From the NCBI GenBank assembly GCA_965367765.1, contig CBDUKI010000001.1:1-41361 (forward strand): 41,361 bases of DNA. Reading direction: 5' to 3'. This document shows, in pieces, positions 38,367-41,361 of this stretch. Both the position numbers and the translations under genes were made by a program. Within the stretch, counting starts at the first letter, position 1. Each line of letters starts with the position of its first letter. This DNA is from an uncultured Henriciella sp. (lineage in GTDB: Bacteria > Pseudomonadota > Alphaproteobacteria > Caulobacterales > Hyphomonadaceae). The notes below the pieces were generated by a model, which had not been told where the DNA came from, ran no database searches, and saw only the letters and a list, made by a program, of their open reading frames with translations.

Positions 38367-39248
38367 ATGGTCACTATGGCCATTAATGTTTCATTTACGA
38401 AATTCCTGAGACGTTTGAGTGCCGGTGTGCTGGCAACTGGCGTGACCACATTTATCGCCGTCTACCCACGCGCCGGGGCTGAAATCCAGCCACAGGATTG
38501 CAGCCTGCGCGATGTCGGGGCCTGGCAGGCCCAGCTGGTGGATCGCGAACAGGAGCTTAGCCCGGACTACATTCTTCGCGTGACCGAGGCTTTCCTGGCC
38601 CGCTGCCCGACCCGGCCCGAAGTCCGCGAAGCCAGCAAGGTTGCCGGTATTGCTGCCACGAATGCAGGTGAACCTGTCCGTGCCCTGCGCCATTTTGAAC
38701 GCGCTGGCCAGCTGTATGACGAGCGCGCGAATTTCTACAAGGCGGCTGTTCTGTTGGCCAATGGGGAGGCCCAGCGGGCCTGGGCCTTGCGTGACCAGCT
38801 GGTCGCCGACTGGTTGGAAGAGCTTGCTGGCGATCCGCTGGTCGCCGTCGAAAGCCACGCGATCCGTGGTGGCTTCATGCATACGGTGCGTTTCGCGCGG
38901 CCTGATCATGACTCCGGCATCGGGACGGCCTGGATCGGAGTTCCCGATGGACCGGGCTGGCCGGCCACTCTGACCATGGGGGCAGGGCGCCAGCGAACCG
39001 CCTTTCATCGCCTGCGGGCTGGGGCGCAATCGGCCCCGATGCAACACGTTGACTATTATCGCTGCCGTGGACGCCGCCTGCTGGCGGAAACCGAGGCGTC
39101 AATCGCAATGAGTGAGCTGGATGAAGCCGCGCGCCTGACTTTGATCGGCTATTTCACCGCACCGGACGGCACGACCCGGCAAACGGGTGAAGGGACGCTC
39201 AAGACCTGCCTATGGCCGTCGCGGATCCTGCCGCGCAGCATCAACTAA
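38367..39248 (+). CDS. Hypothetical exported protein with helical (TPR-like) N-half
   Basis: 293-aa ORF with signal-like hydrophobic N-terminus, Ala-rich helical segments and four Cys. The true start may lie downstream of 38367. Confidence 0.7.
   Translation: MVTMAINVSFTKFLRRLSAGVLATGVTTFIAVYPRAGAEIQPQDCSLRDVGAWQAQLVDREQELSPDYILRVTEAFLARCPTRPEVREASKVAGIAATNAGEPVRALRHFERAGQLYDERANFYKAAVLLANGEAQRAWALRDQLVADWLEELAGDPLVAVESHAIRGGFMHTVRFARPDHDSGIGTAWIGVPDGPGWPATLTMGAGRQRTAFHRLRAGAQSAPMQHVDYYRCRGRRLLAETEASIAMSELDEAARLTLIGYFTAPDGTTRQTGEGTLKTCLWPSRILPRSIN
38383..38398 (+). promoter_or_regulatory. Candidate CtrA box
   Basis: TTAA-tgtttca-TTTAC, 8/9 match to TTAA-N7-TTAAC, in an AT-rich patch at the 5' end of the hypothetical gene. 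Confidence 0.45.
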
Positions 39249-39745
39249 CCAAGTGCGGTAAAGTCGACCACGGTCAGATCGTGGCCCGTGGCTTCAACGA
39301 ACTTGCGCAGGTCGCGGCTGGAAATACCGGTTGTGGCCGTATTCACCAGTGGGTGAAAGTTCACCGTCTCGAAATCCATCAAGGCCTTGTCGGCAATGAA
39401 GCGGACCTTGAGATCGGCATCATTCATCAGGGCGAAGGCGGTGACTGAGCCCGGGACTACGCCGAGCAGGGTCTGCATCAGCTCGCCACTGGCAAAGGAC
39501 AGGCGCCGCGTCCCGATCAGCTTGTGCAGCTGGTTCAGCTTCAACTGGCTGTCCGCCCAGGCCGAGATCAGCACGATCGTGCCATCCTTGTCCTTCATGA
39601 ACAGGTTCTTTGAATGCCCGCCCGGCAGGCTGGCTTTCAGGTGGCGTCCGGCCTCCACAGTAAATGTCGCATCATGCTCCATTGTCGTGTGGGCGATGCC
39701 GAGTGCGTCAAGATACTCAAACAGGTCAGATGGGCTTGCAGGCAT
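39245..39745 (-). CDS. YbaK/ProX (PrdX-like) aminoacyl-tRNA deacylase
   Basis: HSKNLFMKDK, RLSFAS, LGVVPGSVTAFAL.ND, FHPLVN. Start at ATG 39745. Confidence 0.88.
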   Translation of the reverse strand: MPASPSDLFEYLDALGIAHTTMEHDATFTVEAGRHLKASLPGGHSKNLFMKDKDGTIVLISAWADSQLKLNQLHKLIGTRRLSFASGELMQTLLGVVPGSVTAFALMNDADLKVRFIADKALMDFETVNFHPLVNTATTGISSRDLRKFVEATGHDLTVVDFTALG

Positions 39746-39811
39746 ACTCGCCTTGGGGCAGGAATTATCCGGCCCGTCAAGCCGATACAGGGCCGCAGCA
39801 GGGGAACCGAT

Positions 39812-40546
39812 ATGCAGCTCGAATGCTACAAGATTTATAATGTCGCACCGGAAATCGTCCCCGGGCGCAGCGACCGTGAATGGATGGATGCCTTTCCCGA
39901 CCGCCAGCCTTATCGTTGCCTGCCGCTGTCCATGGCCAATTCGACGGGCTGGGAAATCCTCTGCCCGATGGACCTGAAGATCGTCTGGGATGGTGGTATG
40001 GGCAAACACGCTATTTCGCTGTTCACCACAGGCGACCATCGCGCCATCGCTTCATTTGCCGACAGCCATTTTCAGCGTGGCATTGTCACCTTCCATACCG
40101 GTCACCTGTTCCGCACGCCGCCCGGGTGGGGCCTGATGGCGATGGGGGCACCGAACTTCTTCAAGGATGGCATTGCCCCGCTGACGGGCCTGGTTGAGAC
40201 GGACTGGCTGCCTTTCCCGTTCACGATGAACTGGCAGATGACGCGGCCGGGTGAGGTCATCTTCCGCAAGGGCGAACCGTTTTGCTTCATCGTCCCGATT
40301 GAGCACAAAAAGCTCGAAGAGATCGAGCCAAAGCGGATGCTGTTGTCATCGAACCCGGAACTGGAGAAGGACTACCATGCCTGGTCAACCAGCCGCGGCG
40401 AGTTCAACAAGCGTTTGAATGCGGGGGAGGACGATGCCGTCAAGGCGGGCTGGCAACGCCACTATATGCGCGGAGAGAAGGTCTCCGGTGGCTCGGTTGA
40501 CAGCCACCAGACCAAGCGCCGCCTGAAACCGGTCAAGGACGTCTAG
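39812..40546 (+). CDS. DUF6065 family protein
   Basis: R.WMD....PYRCLPLSMANSTGWEILCP, SHF..GIVTFH.G.LFRT, GLVETDWLPFPFTMNW, F.KGEPFC, WQRHY. SD GGGG before ATG 39812. Confidence 0.8.
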   Translation: MQLECYKIYNVAPEIVPGRSDREWMDAFPDRQPYRCLPLSMANSTGWEILCPMDLKIVWDGGMGKHAISLFTTGDHRAIASFADSHFQRGIVTFHTGHLFRTPPGWGLMAMGAPNFFKDGIAPLTGLVETDWLPFPFTMNWQMTRPGEVIFRKGEPFCFIVPIEHKKLEEIEPKRMLLSSNPELEKDYHAWSTSRGEFNKRLNAGEDDAVKAGWQRHYMRGEKVSGGSVDSHQTKRRLKPVKDV

Positions 40547-41361
40547 TCGAATTTACCGGGTCGATAGGTTCGGGTGGCCGCGGCTTCAACCTCTTCGCGC
40601 TCAATCAGGGCCGGGCGCCATTCCTCGCGGACGAAAAGCGGTGCCTGGTCGCTATAGTGCGGTGATGTTTCGTCCAGGGTGGCCGCCCCGAACTGGTGGA
40701 TAACCTGGGCGGTCTGGTTGCCGACCGTGTCCCACTCGACCAGGGCAATCCAGGTATCACCCGCGGTCGCATGTAGCTCGCCATCATCGCCGATCCCGGC
40801 CGGATAAATGGCCCGCAAGACGTCGGCACCGCCACTGACTGGCAGGTTCAGATCGCCGCGTACCAAGCGGTTGACCTCGCCCCATTCCGGGTCGATCCGG
40901 CCATGATGTAGCTTCAACCAGGCCACAGCCTCGCGGAAAGCGGTTTCCGGTGGTGGGGCCGGGTTGCCGGTCAGGCGGGCCGTAATCTCTCGCAGCACAG
41001 TCAGCCCACCAAGCGCGGCATGGCGATTGTCCAGCGTCATTGTCCGGTCCCAGGCGGCCAGGTGTTCGGCGGCGGCAGCCAGCTCTGGTTCCGTGCTCCA
41101 GTCCATGGCCAGCACTGTCGCGATCACCTCGTCGGCCTGCGATCCGTCGGCGTAGCCCGTATCGAATTTCAGTGCCAAAAGCGCCTCGCGGTCGATCAGG
41201 GAGCGCCCATCGGTCAGCTCCATGATCCGCAAGGAGCGGTTGGTCTGGTCGGTTTGCAGGCCCATCGAGGTGGGAAACATGTCGGGGGTCAGATTATCCG
41301 GCCCGTCCGTGGCATCATAGGGCTGGTTATTGGCATTGAAGATGAAGCCCGAGGCCGGGTT
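40543..41361 (-). CDS. Penicillin/AHL/glutaryl acylase (peptidase S45, Ntn hydrolase), C-terminal part; gene runs off the window
   Basis: Frame open to the window edge, reading NPASGFIFNANNQP. WGEVNRL, GD..IALVEW, SPHYSDQAPLF. Confidence 0.88.
   Translation of the reverse strand, partial: NPASGFIFNANNQPYDATDGPDNLTPDMFPTSMGLQTDQTNRSLRIMELTDGRSLIDREALLALKFDTGYADGSQADEVIATVLAMDWSTEPELAAAAEHLAAWDRTMTLDNRHAALGGLTVLREITARLTGNPAPPPETAFREAVAWLKLHHGRIDPEWGEVNRLVRGDLNLPVSGGADVLRAIYPAGIGDDGELHATAGDTWIALVEWDTVGNQTAQVIHQFGAATLDETSPHYSDQAPLFVREEWRPALIEREEVEAAATRTYRPGKFD

Overview
A GC-rich, gene-dense stretch of core alphaproteobacterial chromosome. It is most consistent with Caulobacterales/Hyphomonadaceae, an inference from GapR, MmcB, an alpha-type LexA box, gltD-before-gltB order and CtrA-like boxes. 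I find 41 supportable CDSs and no rRNA, tRNA, CRISPR array, prophage or transposase. DNA-maintenance genes: xerC, gapR, mmcB, uvrD, mutL, dps, uvrC. N/S metabolism: cysK, gltD-GFA-gltB, metY, aspartate aminotransferase. Also dnaJ with its own sigma32-type promoter, uppP, msrB, thpR, and a divergent metal-transport cluster (MacB-like ABC ATPase/permease/DUF3299 opposite ZIP + HupE/UreJ, with a Zur-like site). The best candidate for an undescribed system is a perfect LexA box in front of mmcB followed co-directionally by an uncharacterised 147-aa protein whose disordered tail ends in a beta-clamp-binding-type motif (DPNQLDMF), possibly a new SOS/replisome-associated factor. Other leads: leaderless-mRNA signatures on mutL/uvrC/uvrD, a Zrg-like ABC system lacking its ZrgA binding protein, a GFA gene wedged inside the glutamate synthase operon, a basic protein next to gapR, and a Tat-lipoprotein MsrB. 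All family calls come from motif recognition by eye; no database searches were run.
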